Source: Parasporobacterium sp.
Lineage (GTDB): Bacteria > Bacillota > Clostridia > Lachnospirales > Lachnospiraceae
DNA: 57,393 bases
Direction of reading: 5' to 3'
NCBI GenBank assembly: GCA_017431485.1
Contig: JAFRKZ010000087.1
Span: forward strand, 1-57,393
Position 1 is the stretch's first letter. The number at the start of each line of letters is the position of its first letter. The notes below the pieces were generated by a model, which had not been told where the DNA came from, did not search any database, and saw nothing but the letters and a program-made list of their open reading frames with translations. Positions 26,944 to 37,256 of this stretch are shown one piece after another. The position numbers and the translations under genes are program-made.

Positions 26944-27963
26944 ATGCTGGAAAAATTAGTGAAAATCAGACAGGAAGCGATGGAACAGATCTTAAGCGCT
27001 TCTTCTGCGGATTCCCTGAATGATCTCAGAGTCCGGTACCTTGGAAAAAAAGGACTGCTGACAGAGGTTCTGAAAGGGATGAAGGATGTGTCCGCCGAGG
27101 AAAGACCTCGTGTGGGACAGCTGGTCAATGATGCCAGAAAAGAGATCGAAAACAATCTGGATTCCATGCGGACGGAGTTTGAGAACAGGCTGATGCAGGC
27201 AAGGCTGCAGGCAGAAGAGATCGATGTGACGCTTCCCGGGAAAAAGACCGCCCTCGGACACAGTCATCCGAACAATGTGATCCTGAGACAGGTGGAAGAT
27301 ATCTTTGTCGGAATGGGCTATGAAGTGGTATCGGGACCGGAGATCGAATACGATTACTACAATTTTGAAGCTCTGAATATTCCTGCGAACCATCCGGCGA
27401 AGGATGAGCAGGATACATTCTATATTAATAATGATATCCTTCTGCGGACACAGACGTCCTCCGTACAGATCCATGAAATGGAGCGGGGCGTCCTTCCGAT
27501 CCGTATGATCGCTCCCGGAAGGGTATTCCGTGCGGACGAAGTGGATGCGACCCACTCCCCGTCCTTCCATCAGATCGAAGGTCTGGTCATCGATAAGGGG
27601 ATCACATTTGCCGATCTGAAGGGAACGCTGGATGAATTTGCCAAGAGGTTCTTCGGACCGGACACAAGGACCAAATTCCGTCCCCATCATTTCCCGTTTA
27701 CGGAGCCTTCCGCGGAAGTGGATGTCAGCTGCTTCAAGTGCGGCGGAAAGGGCTGCCGTTTCTGCAAGGGAGAAGGCTGGATCGAGATCCTGGGCTGCGG
27801 CATGGTTCATCCGCATGTTCTGGAGATGGCAGGGATCGACCCGGATGTGTATTCCGGATTTGCCTTTGGAATGGGTCTGGAAAGACTTACCCTTCTGAAA
27901 TGCGAGATCGACGACATGAGACTTTTGTATGAAAACGATATGAGATTTTTGAAACAATTCTAA
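26944..27963 (+). CDS. pheS: phenylalanine--tRNA ligase alpha subunit
   Basis: 339 aa with class-II motifs (FRPHHFPFTEPSAEVD, GFAFGMGLERL). AAGGGGA RBS. Confidence 0.96.
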   Translation: MLEKLVKIRQEAMEQILSASSADSLNDLRVRYLGKKGLLTEVLKGMKDVSAEERPRVGQLVNDARKEIENNLDSMRTEFENRLMQARLQAEEIDVTLPGKKTALGHSHPNNVILRQVEDIFVGMGYEVVSGPEIEYDYYNFEALNIPANHPAKDEQDTFYINNDILLRTQTSSVQIHEMERGVLPIRMIAPGRVFRADEVDATHSPSFHQIEGLVIDKGITFADLKGTLDEFAKRFFGPDTRTKFRPHHFPFTEPSAEVDVSCFKCGGKGCRFCKGEGWIEILGCGMVHPHVLEMAGIDPDVYSGFAFGMGLERLTLLKCEIDDMRLLYENDMRFLKQF

Positions 27964-27978
27964 GAAAGGAGAGAAGTA

Positions 27979-30396
27979 ATGAACGCATCATTATCATGGA
28001 TCAGATCATATGTGCCGGAACTTGAATGTTCCTATCAGGAGTTCAGGGATGCGATGACTCTCTCCGGTACGAAGGTGGAAGGATATAAAGTGTTTGATGA
28101 AGATCTGGATAAGATCGTCATCGGCCAGGTCGTTTCCATGGAAAAACACCCGGATGCAGATAAACTGCAGATCTGTCAGGTGAATGTGGGAACGGAAACG
28201 ATCCAGATCGTCACCGGCGCTCCGAATGTCTTTGAAGGAGCCAAGGTTCCGGTGGTGCTGGACGGCGGAAGAGTTGCCGGAGGACATGACGGCAATATGA
28301 CTCCCGGCGGTATCAAGATCAAAAAAGGCAAATTAAGAGGAGTGGAGTCCTTCGGCATGATGTGCTCCATCGAAGAGCTTGGTTCTACCAGGGAAATGTA
28401 TCCGGACGCTCCGGAGAACGGCCTTTATATCCTGCCGGAAGATGCACCGGTGGGGGAGAGTGCCACCTCTTATCTGGGGCTTTGCGATGCCAATTACGAG
28501 TTCGAGATCACATCCAACAGAGTTGACTGCTACAGCGTACTGGGGATTGCCAGGGAAGCTGCCGCAACCTTCCGTAAACCTTTTGTGAATGAAGAACCGA
28601 AGATCCGGAAAACCGAAGGGGATATCCGTGATCTTCTGGAAGTAGAAGTGAAAGATACCGATCTTTGCCCGCGTTATACCGCAATGATGGTGAAAAACAT
28701 CAGGCTTGCCCCGTCCCCGAGATGGCTGCGGCAGCGCCTCGCCAGCAACGGGATCCGTCCCATCAACAATGTGGTGGATATCACCAATTATGTAATGGAA
28801 GAATACGGCCAGCCGATGCATGCGTTTGATTACGATACCATCAAAGGGCATAAGATCGTAGTCAAGAGAGCACAGGACGGTGAGAAGTTTGTAACGCTGG
28901 ACGGCCAGGAACGTACCCTTGACAAAGATATCCTGATGATCTGCGATGCGGAACGTCCGATCGGCATTGCCGGCATCATGGGCGGCGAGGAGTCCAAGAT
29001 CACGGATGATGTCAAAACACTGGTCTTTGAAAGCGCCTGCTTTGACGGGACAAACAACCGTTTATCAGCCAGGAGGCTGGGACTTCGGACCGATGCTTCC
29101 GGTAAATATGAGAAGGGACTGGATCCCAACAATACCGTTCCCGCCATCATCAGAGCCTGCCAGCTGATCGAAGAACTGGACGCCGGCGATGTGGTGGGAG
29201 GCATGATCGACCTCTATCCGGAACCGGTACAGGAAAAGAAGATTGCATTTGATCCGGAGAGGATCAACGCCTACCTGGGCACAGATATTTCCAAAGAGAA
29301 AATGCTTTCCTATTTCCCGGCACTGGAGATCGGGTATGAGGAGGAAAGTAATCTGCTGACCATTCCGTCCTTCCGGCAGGATCTTCTGCGGGGAGCCGAT
29401 ATCGCTGAGGAGATCGCCAGATTCTACGGGTATGACAAGATCCCGACCACGCTCCCGGCGATGAAGGGAGCCAGCGGGAAACTGACCTATAAGTTCCAGG
29501 TGAATGAAGTGATCCGGGAGCAGATGCAGGCAGCGGGCTATTCGGAAGCCATGACTTATTCCTTCGAAAGCCCGAAGGTATTTGACAAATGTCTTCTGGA
29601 TCCCGAAGATCCCCACAGACAGGCGATCGTGATCAGCAATCCGCTGGGAGAGGATTACAGTATTATGAGGACTTCCCTCCTGAACGGACTGTTCACCTCC
29701 CTTGCGACCAATTACAACCGCAGGAACAAAGAGGCGGCTCTTTACGAACTGTCCAATGTCTATATCGCAAAGCAGCTGCCGCTTACCGAACTTCCGGACG
29801 AGCGCATGACACTGTCCCTGGGCTTTTTCGGAGAGGGCGATTTCTTCAACCTGAAAGGTGCTGTGGAAGAGCTGTTTGACGGACTGGGGCTCACAGGACA
29901 CCGCAGGTATGATAATACAGGAGAACTTCCGTTTTTCCATCCGGGACGTCAGGCGATCCTTTCCTACGAAGGCACTCCCGTGGCTATCCTCGGAGAAGTC
30001 CATCCGACCGTCGTGAAAAACTATGGCCTGGCAAAGAGAACCTATGCCGCCCAGATCGATGTGGAAGGATTGTATGAAAAGGTCTCCTTTGCAAGGAAGT
30101 ATCAGGGAATCCCCAAATACCCGGCGGTCTCCAGGGACCTGAGCCTTGTCATGGACAGAAGCGTTCGTGCCGGACAGATCGAAGAGATCATTGAATCCTG
30201 CGGCGGAAAACTGCTGGAGCATTATGAACTGTTTGATATCTATGAAGGAGAGCAGGTGGGAGCAGGCAGAAAATCCCTTGCCTATACCGTCCGGTTCCGC
30301 GCCAGCGACAGAACGCTGGAAGACGGGGACGTGACCCCGATCATGGAAAAGATCGTCAAAAAACTCGGCGAGATCGATGTCTTTTTGAGAAGCTGA
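27979..30396 (+). CDS. pheT: phenylalanine--tRNA ligase beta subunit
   Basis: 805 aa with an N-terminal tRNA-binding (OB) domain, B3/4 and B5 domains and a C-terminal FDX-ACB. It starts 15 nt after pheS. Confidence 0.96.
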   Translation: MNASLSWIRSYVPELECSYQEFRDAMTLSGTKVEGYKVFDEDLDKIVIGQVVSMEKHPDADKLQICQVNVGTETIQIVTGAPNVFEGAKVPVVLDGGRVAGGHDGNMTPGGIKIKKGKLRGVESFGMMCSIEELGSTREMYPDAPENGLYILPEDAPVGESATSYLGLCDANYEFEITSNRVDCYSVLGIAREAAATFRKPFVNEEPKIRKTEGDIRDLLEVEVKDTDLCPRYTAMMVKNIRLAPSPRWLRQRLASNGIRPINNVVDITNYVMEEYGQPMHAFDYDTIKGHKIVVKRAQDGEKFVTLDGQERTLDKDILMICDAERPIGIAGIMGGEESKITDDVKTLVFESACFDGTNNRLSARRLGLRTDASGKYEKGLDPNNTVPAIIRACQLIEELDAGDVVGGMIDLYPEPVQEKKIAFDPERINAYLGTDISKEKMLSYFPALEIGYEEESNLLTIPSFRQDLLRGADIAEEIARFYGYDKIPTTLPAMKGASGKLTYKFQVNEVIREQMQAAGYSEAMTYSFESPKVFDKCLLDPEDPHRQAIVISNPLGEDYSIMRTSLLNGLFTSLATNYNRRNKEAALYELSNVYIAKQLPLTELPDERMTLSLGFFGEGDFFNLKGAVEELFDGLGLTGHRRYDNTGELPFFHPGRQAILSYEGTPVAILGEVHPTVVKNYGLAKRTYAAQIDVEGLYEKVSFARKYQGIPKYPAVSRDLSLVMDRSVRAGQIEEIIESCGGKLLEHYELFDIYEGEQVGAGRKSLAYTVRFRASDRTLEDGDVTPIMEKIVKKLGEIDVFLRS

Positions 30397-30470
30397 TATT
30401 ATTTGTAGACAACACAGGGCTGAAATGTTAAAATACCCCAGTTAAACTGATTCTGGAAAGAGGAAGGGAT

Positions 30471-32780
30471 ATGAAAAGAACAAAACATGTTATTATCTTT
30501 ATCATCTCGATAATCGTGATTATCGGATGCTGTCTGGTCGCCGGCATCGGATTCGGCGGCGGACACATTGGTGCAGCTAGAAACATTACCCTCGGCCTCG
30601 ACTTAAGAGGCGGTGTCAGCGTGACATACCAGACGGTGGAGGAGAATCCTTCCGCAATGGATATGGCGGACACGATCTACAAGTTGCAGCTGCGTGTGCA
30701 GCAGTACAGTACGGATGCATCTGTCTATCAGGAAGGTACCAACCGGATCACCGTAGAGATCCCGGGTGTTTATGATACCCAGACTGTGATCGATGAACTG
30801 GGACGCCCCGGTTCCTTACAGTTTGTCACCTATGACCAGACGACAGAATCAGGAGCGACTGATTACGACAATCCGACTGTCTGGGTCTCCGGTACAGATA
30901 TTGCCAATGCACAGGCGGCAAGCCAGTCCGATCAGAGAACGGGTTCTTCTGAATTTGTTGTACAGCTCCAGCTGAATGAGGAAGGGGCAGCAAAATTCGC
31001 GGATGCAACAGCCAAGTATCTGAACCAGATCATCTATATCGTATATGACGGCGAGGTGGTCAGCAGCCCGAGAGTACAGTCTGTGATCTCCGACGGCAAC
31101 TGTATCATCGAAGGTATGGAATCTTATGAAGCAGCCACTACGCTGGCTTCCACGATCCGTATCGGTTCCCTGAGCCTGGAACTGGAGGAAGTATCTTCCA
31201 AAGTCGTTTCCGCAAAACTGGGCGACAACGCGATCAGTACTTCCCTGATCGCCGGCCTGATCGGCATCCTGCTGATCATGATCTTCATGATCATCTACTA
31301 CAGGATCCCGGGTCTTGCGGCTGCACTGGCCATGATCTTCTATACCGCAGCGATGCTTCTGCTGCTGAACGCATTTAACCTGACCCTTACGATCTCGGGT
31401 ATCGCCGGTATCATACTGACCATCGGTATGGCAGTAGACGGCAACGTGATCATCAATGCCCGTATCAAGGAAGAGATCAATGCCGGCTATTCCATTGAAC
31501 AGTCGATCAAGAATGGTTTCAGGAAATCCACTTCTGCCATCCTGGACGGCAATATCACGACCCTGATCGTCGCTATTGTTCTTATGATCTTCGGATCAGG
31601 TACGGTTAACGGTTTCGGTATGACCCTGGCCATCGGTATCGTGCTCAGCGTCATCACCTCCCTTCTGGTCACCAGAGTGTTAATGTTCAGCATGCTCTAT
31701 ATGGGCTGCGACAAACCTTCCATGTTCGCTTCCGCAAAGAAGTCTGTGAAGCAGGCGTTCGACTTTGTCGGAAAGAGAGCGGTAGCATTTATCATTGCGA
31801 TCGTCTGCATCTGTGCAGGTATCGTGGCCATGATCGTCGGCGGCGCTTCCGGCAACCGTGCTCTGAACATGAGCATTGAATTTGTCGGCGGTGTCAGCAC
31901 CACCGTGGACTTCCCGGAAGACGTTACGATCGATTCGTTCAACAATGAGATCAAACCGGCGATTGCCGAAGTGATCGGAAGCAATGATATCGAAGGACAG
32001 AAAGTTACCGGTTCTACCCAGTACGTGATCAAGACCCAGACCCTGGATGTGGACAAGAGAGAGGCAATGCAGACGCTTCTGGAGGAAACCTATGGTGCCG
32101 ATCCGGAAAGCTTCGAGACAACTTTCATCAGTTCCACGATCAGTTCGGAACTGTTAAGAGACGCTTATGTTTCCCTGATCATTGCGGCAGTCCTGATGCT
32201 GCTTTACATCTGGATCCGGTTCCGCAAGTTCAAATTCGCCATCTCTTCCGTGATCTGTCTTCTGCATGATGTTATGATCGTTATCGCCTTTTTCGCGATC
32301 TTCCGGCTGTCTGTAGGCAATTCCTTTATCGCCTGCATCCTGACGATCGTCGGTTATTCGATCAATGCCACCATCGTTATCTTCGACCGTATCAGGGAGA
32401 ACCTGGCGGATGCCACGATCAATCACGACCTGAAATTTGTAGTCAACAGAAGTATCTCCCAGTCCATGACCAGGAGTATCTTGACTTCGGCGACTACCTT
32501 CGTGACCGTCCTGTTCCTGTATATCCTGGGCGTTGAGTCCATGAAGGCATTTGCTCTTCCGCTTGCAGTCGGTATCATAGCCGGTGCATTCTCCTCCGTC
32601 CTTCTGGCAGGCTCTCTCTTCTATATGCTCCATAAGAAGAATGACCGTCTGGACGTAAAAGGCGTCAAGGCTGTCAAGCCCGCTGTCGAAGGCCCCGCAG
32701 AAAAAGCCAAGGAAACGGTTCAGGAAGTGAAGAAGATCACAGCGAACCCGAACCGTAAGAAGAAAAACCGCAAACAGTAA
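30471..32780 (+). CDS. secDF: protein translocase subunit SecDF (fused SecD/SecF)
   Basis: 769 aa. A SecD-type periplasmic domain plus 6 TM is followed by a SecF-type half plus 6 TM. Confidence 0.92.
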   Translation: MKRTKHVIIFIISIIVIIGCCLVAGIGFGGGHIGAARNITLGLDLRGGVSVTYQTVEENPSAMDMADTIYKLQLRVQQYSTDASVYQEGTNRITVEIPGVYDTQTVIDELGRPGSLQFVTYDQTTESGATDYDNPTVWVSGTDIANAQAASQSDQRTGSSEFVVQLQLNEEGAAKFADATAKYLNQIIYIVYDGEVVSSPRVQSVISDGNCIIEGMESYEAATTLASTIRIGSLSLELEEVSSKVVSAKLGDNAISTSLIAGLIGILLIMIFMIIYYRIPGLAAALAMIFYTAAMLLLLNAFNLTLTISGIAGIILTIGMAVDGNVIINARIKEEINAGYSIEQSIKNGFRKSTSAILDGNITTLIVAIVLMIFGSGTVNGFGMTLAIGIVLSVITSLLVTRVLMFSMLYMGCDKPSMFASAKKSVKQAFDFVGKRAVAFIIAIVCICAGIVAMIVGGASGNRALNMSIEFVGGVSTTVDFPEDVTIDSFNNEIKPAIAEVIGSNDIEGQKVTGSTQYVIKTQTLDVDKREAMQTLLEETYGADPESFETTFISSTISSELLRDAYVSLIIAAVLMLLYIWIRFRKFKFAISSVICLLHDVMIVIAFFAIFRLSVGNSFIACILTIVGYSINATIVIFDRIRENLADATINHDLKFVVNRSISQSMTRSILTSATTFVTVLFLYILGVESMKAFALPLAVGIIAGAFSSVLLAGSLFYMLHKKNDRLDVKGVKAVKPAVEGPAEKAKETVQEVKKITANPNRKKKNRKQ

Positions 32781-32814
32781 TCACCTTCCTGTGTAGATCA
32801 GGGAAATAATGATT

Positions 32815-32880
32815 CCGGAGACCCTGCATCGGTCAAAAAGTTCAATATCATTCGCTTTTTGACCGGTGCAGGGTCTCCGG
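32815..32880 (+). terminator. 26-bp inverted repeat (probable secDF terminator/processing hairpin)
   Basis: CCGGAGACCCTGCATCGGTCAAAAAG pairs with CTTTTTGACCGGTGCAGGGTCTCCGG (one G-U) around a 14-nt loop. The downstream T tract is weak. Confidence 0.55.
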
Positions 32881-32909
32881 GATTTATTCATGTGATACAA
32901 GGAGAAAAA

Positions 32910-33887
32910 ATGTTAATCCCGATTTTGTTATTTATACTGGGACTGATCTGCCTGATCAAAGGCGGCGACTGGTTTGTAGACGGAGCTGTAAGCCTTGCCC
33001 ACAGACTGAACCTGCCGGAGATCCTGATCGGAGCAACGGTCGTTGCCATCGGCACGACCCTTCCGGAAGTCATGGTATCAGCTACTTCGGCAGCTACCGG
33101 ACATGGGGACCTGGCTTACGGAAATGCCATCGGATCTATTATCTGCAACACAGCGCTGATCTCGGCGCTTACCATGGCAATCCGTCCTGCAAAGATCGAA
33201 CGAAAGAACCTGGTCGTTCCTTCCATTGCATTTTTCGCAGCGGCTGCCGTGTATTGTGTGATCTCTTATATCACAAAGACCTTTACCAGAGTGACAGGGA
33301 TCATTCTGCTTGCGATGTTTGTTGCCTATATGGCCATCAGTGTAAAGCAGAGCTTTGGAAAGAGCAAGATCAGCGCTGCAGCGGAAACACAGGAGAAGAA
33401 ACCTGAAGGAAAAGAACTGCCTGTCTGGAAAATGATCCTGTTCCTGGTCCTGGGGGCTGCCCTGATCGCTGTCGGTGCCAGGCTCCTGGTAGATAACGGA
33501 ACAAAGATTGCGGAAGGGTTTGGCGTTCCGGAGACTGTGATCGCCCTGACCTTTGTTGCGCTGGGAACATCCCTTCCGGAACTTGTCACAGCCATTACTT
33601 CACTGGCAAAAGGTCATGGGGCACTTTCCGTCGGCAATATCATCGGCGCGAACCTGTTCAATCTGGTGCTTGTAAGCGGGATCTCCATTACGATCCAGCC
33701 CTTTGACCTTCCGTCCTCCAAAATGCTGTGGGGACATAACGCTTCCCTTGTACTGGACCTTCCCCTGATGCTCCTGGTCATGCTGATCATGGTCGTACCG
33801 GCACTTGTAAAGGGCAGGCTCTATCGTTGGCAGGGGATCGTGCTCCTTGTATTATACGCAGGATTCTGCGCCGTGCAGATGATCTGA
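32910..33887 (+). CDS. CaCA-family cation/Ca2+ antiporter (YrbG-like)
   Basis: Two alpha-repeats, GTTLPEV and GTSLPEL, and 10 TM helices. Start set at ATG 32910 (GGAGAA RBS). Confidence 0.85.
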   Translation: MLIPILLFILGLICLIKGGDWFVDGAVSLAHRLNLPEILIGATVVAIGTTLPEVMVSATSAATGHGDLAYGNAIGSIICNTALISALTMAIRPAKIERKNLVVPSIAFFAAAAVYCVISYITKTFTRVTGIILLAMFVAYMAISVKQSFGKSKISAAAETQEKKPEGKELPVWKMILFLVLGAALIAVGARLLVDNGTKIAEGFGVPETVIALTFVALGTSLPELVTAITSLAKGHGALSVGNIIGANLFNLVLVSGISITIQPFDLPSSKMLWGHNASLVLDLPLMLLVMLIMVVPALVKGRLYRWQGIVLLVLYAGFCAVQMI

Positions 33888-33892
33888 CGAAT

Positions 33893-35623
33893 ATGGAAGT
33901 CTGGAAAATCTATTCGAAAAAGGCAGATTTTGCCGGTATATCAAAACAGTTCCAGATCAGCCCGCTTCTTGCCCGGATCCTCAGAAACCGGGATATTGAA
34001 GGACCGGAGCAGATCCGGAAATATCTTCATGCAGATGTATCAGATCTGTATGATCCGTTTCTGATGAAGGGAATGGAGGAGGGCGTCCGGATCACACATG
34101 ATACCATCCAAAACGGCGGACGCATCCGAATTATGGGAGATTATGATACCGACGGTGTCTGTGCCAGTTATATCCTGGAGCAGTTCCTGACCGCGGCGGG
34201 GGCTCATGCAGATGTCAGGCTGCCGGACCGTATGTCGGAAGGTTATGGTATGAGCACGGTGATGGCGGAAGAAGCAAATGAGAATAAGATCTCTCTGATC
34301 ATTACCTGCGATAACGGGATCTCTTCCTTCGATGCCGTAGAAGCCGCCAGGAAATACGGGATCGATGTGGTCGTGACAGATCATCATGAACCGACAGAAA
34401 ACCTGCCGAATGCCAATGTGATCATTGACGCCAAGCAGAAAGACTGCTCTTATCCCTTCCGGGAACTTTGTGGGGCAGGCGTTGCTTATAAATTCGTCCA
34501 GGCATACAACAGACTGTTTCAAACCGGTCTGGACGATCTGCTGGACGATCTGCTTCAGTATGCGGGGATCGCTACGATCGCGGATATCGTACCGTTAAAA
34601 GACGAGAACAGGATCTTTGCTTCCGAAGGGATCAGAAGACTTCGCAATACGAACAGCCCCGGCCTTCTTGCCCTGGCACAGGAACGCGGAATGGATATGT
34701 CCTTAATGGATTCCCGTTCGATCGCGTATATCCTGTCGCCCTGCATCAATTCTGCCGGAAGACTGAAAAATGCCGGACTGGCCTATGAACTTCTATGTGA
34801 AAAAGATCCGCAGAAAGCCCGGATGCTGGCAAAGGAACTGTCAGAGCTGAACGAGCAGAGAAAGACCATGACATCCGCCTGTGAAAGAGAAGCCATTGAG
34901 ATGATCCGGCAAAAAGAGCAGGCAGGACCGTCGCAGGACAGCATCCTGGTAGTGTTTCTTCCTATGGCCCATGAAAGTATCGCCGGCATCCTGGCCGGAA
35001 GGTTAAAGGATGAATACAACAGACCGGCGATCGTGATCACCAGGTCGCAGAATGCTCTGAAAGGTTCAGGGCGCTCCATAGATTCTTATAATCTGATCGA
35101 AGGCCTCAGAGAACATCCGGAATTATTTGAAAAATGCGGAGGACATGCCAAGGCCTGCGGTTTTACATTAAAGTCTGCAGGGACGGATGAAGAAACCGTC
35201 AGCCGGTTTGCAAAGTGCCTGAATGCCTCCTGCCGGCAGGATCTTGCTGATCTGGAGAGGGTCGTCTGGATCGATATGGCTCTTCCTTTTAAATACATTA
35301 ATGAGGTCTTCACAAAGGAACTGGATCTTCTGGAACCTTTCGGAACAGATAATGAAAAACCGGTTTTCGGACAGAATAAGGTCACAGTATTGAGAAAAAG
35401 TATCTTAGGCAGAAACAGGAACGTGCTGAAGCTGTCCCTGCAGGATGAAAGCGGTTTCGTAGCAGACGGCATCATGTTCGGCCAGGAAGATCATATCCGT
35501 CAGCAATATGAGAAACTGGAAGACGGCAGTCTCATCTCGATCCTTTATTATCCGATGATCAATGAATTCCGGGGGAACACTACCCCCCAGGCGGTCATCT
35601 CGGCATTCCGCATCATGGAATAA
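33893..35623 (+). CDS. recJ: single-stranded-DNA-specific exonuclease RecJ
   Basis: DHH-family motifs (GDYDTDGV, DNGIS, VTDHHEP) and DHHA1 GGHAKACG. Start set at ATG 33893. Confidence 0.9.
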   Translation: MEVWKIYSKKADFAGISKQFQISPLLARILRNRDIEGPEQIRKYLHADVSDLYDPFLMKGMEEGVRITHDTIQNGGRIRIMGDYDTDGVCASYILEQFLTAAGAHADVRLPDRMSEGYGMSTVMAEEANENKISLIITCDNGISSFDAVEAARKYGIDVVVTDHHEPTENLPNANVIIDAKQKDCSYPFRELCGAGVAYKFVQAYNRLFQTGLDDLLDDLLQYAGIATIADIVPLKDENRIFASEGIRRLRNTNSPGLLALAQERGMDMSLMDSRSIAYILSPCINSAGRLKNAGLAYELLCEKDPQKARMLAKELSELNEQRKTMTSACEREAIEMIRQKEQAGPSQDSILVVFLPMAHESIAGILAGRLKDEYNRPAIVITRSQNALKGSGRSIDSYNLIEGLREHPELFEKCGGHAKACGFTLKSAGTDEETVSRFAKCLNASCRQDLADLERVVWIDMALPFKYINEVFTKELDLLEPFGTDNEKPVFGQNKVTVLRKSILGRNRNVLKLSLQDESGFVADGIMFGQEDHIRQQYEKLEDGSLISILYYPMINEFRGNTTPQAVISAFRIME

Positions 35624-35687
35624 GAGCCTGTGTTAAAAGGAAATTCTTGAAAAAATGTATGGAAATTGTGCAGATTCTGTGATAAAT

Positions 35688-35716
35688 TTGACCTTTGGGT
35701 TCAAGGATAGTACAAT
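35688..35716 (+). promoter_or_regulatory. promoter TTGACC-17-TACAAT of the envelope operon
   Basis: Hexamers at 35688-35693 and 35711-35716, about 30 nt upstream of ATG 35748. Confidence 0.55.
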
Positions 35717-35747
35717 AACTTGAAAACATACACAGCAGGAAGTAGCT

Positions 35748-37256
35748 ATGCGTACCGGATCAGGTAAAAGATCTTCATATAACAGAACGACCGGAAGCAG
35801 GACTGCGAGGCTGTATTCCCGCAGGACTGCTAAAAAGATAAATAAAATATATCTGAACGAAGAGGCAAAGATCATTCGGACAGAAGAGTACTATGGTGAA
35901 TCAAGGACAGCAGCCCGCAGTTTCGGTGCCGATGAGTACAACGACTATTACGATGATCTTTCCAGAGACAGAAAGAGCGGAGCAAAAACAAAGATCTCGA
36001 CGATCATTATCACGGCTTCGCTTATTATTGTGGTCCTGGCTCTTGTGATCGCAGGACTGGCCCTCTTAAAGCCAAAGGACAATGTGGTCACGGATCTCGT
36101 AAAAGCTCCGAAGACGGAACCGGAGTCCGTTCCGGCATCTTCCCTGTATGGAGATTCCGCCGCTCCCGAAATCTTTGGCGTGATCCCGATCGTCGTTTAC
36201 GCCGGCAACTCGGTTGCCTATAAAGACGGCGTCTATCTGGAGGATGATAACGATCCTTCCCCGGTCCTGGAGATCGAGAACGAAGGAGTGGATCTTACCA
36301 CTCCCGGTATTTATCCGATCACTTATGTCGCCAGAGACGCGGACGGCAATGTTACCAGAGAGGTGACGACAGTGACGGTTCTTGCCGGCACGAACCTGAT
36401 CAGCCAGGAAGAGATCAATAAACTGGCGGATCTGGTGTTGGAAACGATCATTCCGGATGATACGATCTCCGATGAAATGAAATGCCTGAAAGTTTATGAG
36501 TATCTTCATGCCATCGGATATGTGGACGAGGTCCATTCAGAGGACTGGATGCAGAACGCTTACTGGATGCTGACAAAGAGGGAAGGAGACTGCTTCTGTT
36601 ATTACTCCGCTTCCAGGCTGCTCCTTTCCAGGCTCGGCTATGAAGTGATGGAGGTCCGGAACAACAACAACTATGTGCATTACTGGTGTCTGGTCAGTAT
36701 TGACGGCGGCGCGACCTGGTGGCATTTTGACCCCTGCTGCTGGAGCTGGGGGGAAGATGGGATCCTGTGCCTTGTCAGCGACAAATATCTGTCAGAGTTT
36801 ACCAGAAGACATATTACTTCGGACGGACGGCTGATCCACGCCTGGGATCTGGTCAATTATCCTTCTACACCTGAGGCGGACTTCTGGACAGATGAAGACC
36901 GTGAGGTGATCTATGAAGGCGGCCTGATCGATGTGGAAGCACAGTACGACCCGAATGACGAAAGATGGAACAACGATGGCTGGGAGTCCTATCAGGTACC
37001 GAATTACTGGGAAGCATCTGACTGGACGGAATACGACTACAATTATGATGACACTGCTTATGATCCGGCTGCGTATGAAGAGTCCTATGTCGGGGCTGAA
37101 GATATGGTTTCGGAAGATTATGATGTTCCGGCTGATCCCGGTTCCTATGAAGAAGCGGATCCTGCTCCCGGAGTGATCGAAGAGATCCCATATGAAGAAG
37201 AATATGTGGAACAGGTTTTTGAAGATACCGAAACCGGATTTGAAGGTGACAATTGA
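35748..37256 (+). CDS. membrane-anchored Ig-like (DUF5011-type) + transglutaminase-like cysteine peptidase-fold protein
   Basis: Arg-rich N-terminus plus TM. Ig-like GVDLTTPGIYPITYVARDADGNVTREVTTVTV. Cys/His/Asp contexts EGDCFCY, HYWCLV and WWHFDPC. Acidic, Tyr-rich tail. Confidence 0.75.
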   Translation: MRTGSGKRSSYNRTTGSRTARLYSRRTAKKINKIYLNEEAKIIRTEEYYGESRTAARSFGADEYNDYYDDLSRDRKSGAKTKISTIIITASLIIVVLALVIAGLALLKPKDNVVTDLVKAPKTEPESVPASSLYGDSAAPEIFGVIPIVVYAGNSVAYKDGVYLEDDNDPSPVLEIENEGVDLTTPGIYPITYVARDADGNVTREVTTVTVLAGTNLISQEEINKLADLVLETIIPDDTISDEMKCLKVYEYLHAIGYVDEVHSEDWMQNAYWMLTKREGDCFCYYSASRLLLSRLGYEVMEVRNNNNYVHYWCLVSIDGGATWWHFDPCCWSWGEDGILCLVSDKYLSEFTRRHITSDGRLIHAWDLVNYPSTPEADFWTDEDREVIYEGGLIDVEAQYDPNDERWNNDGWESYQVPNYWEASDWTEYDYNYDDTAYDPAAYEESYVGAEDMVSEDYDVPADPGSYEEADPAPGVIEEIPYEEEYVEQVFEDTETGFEGDN

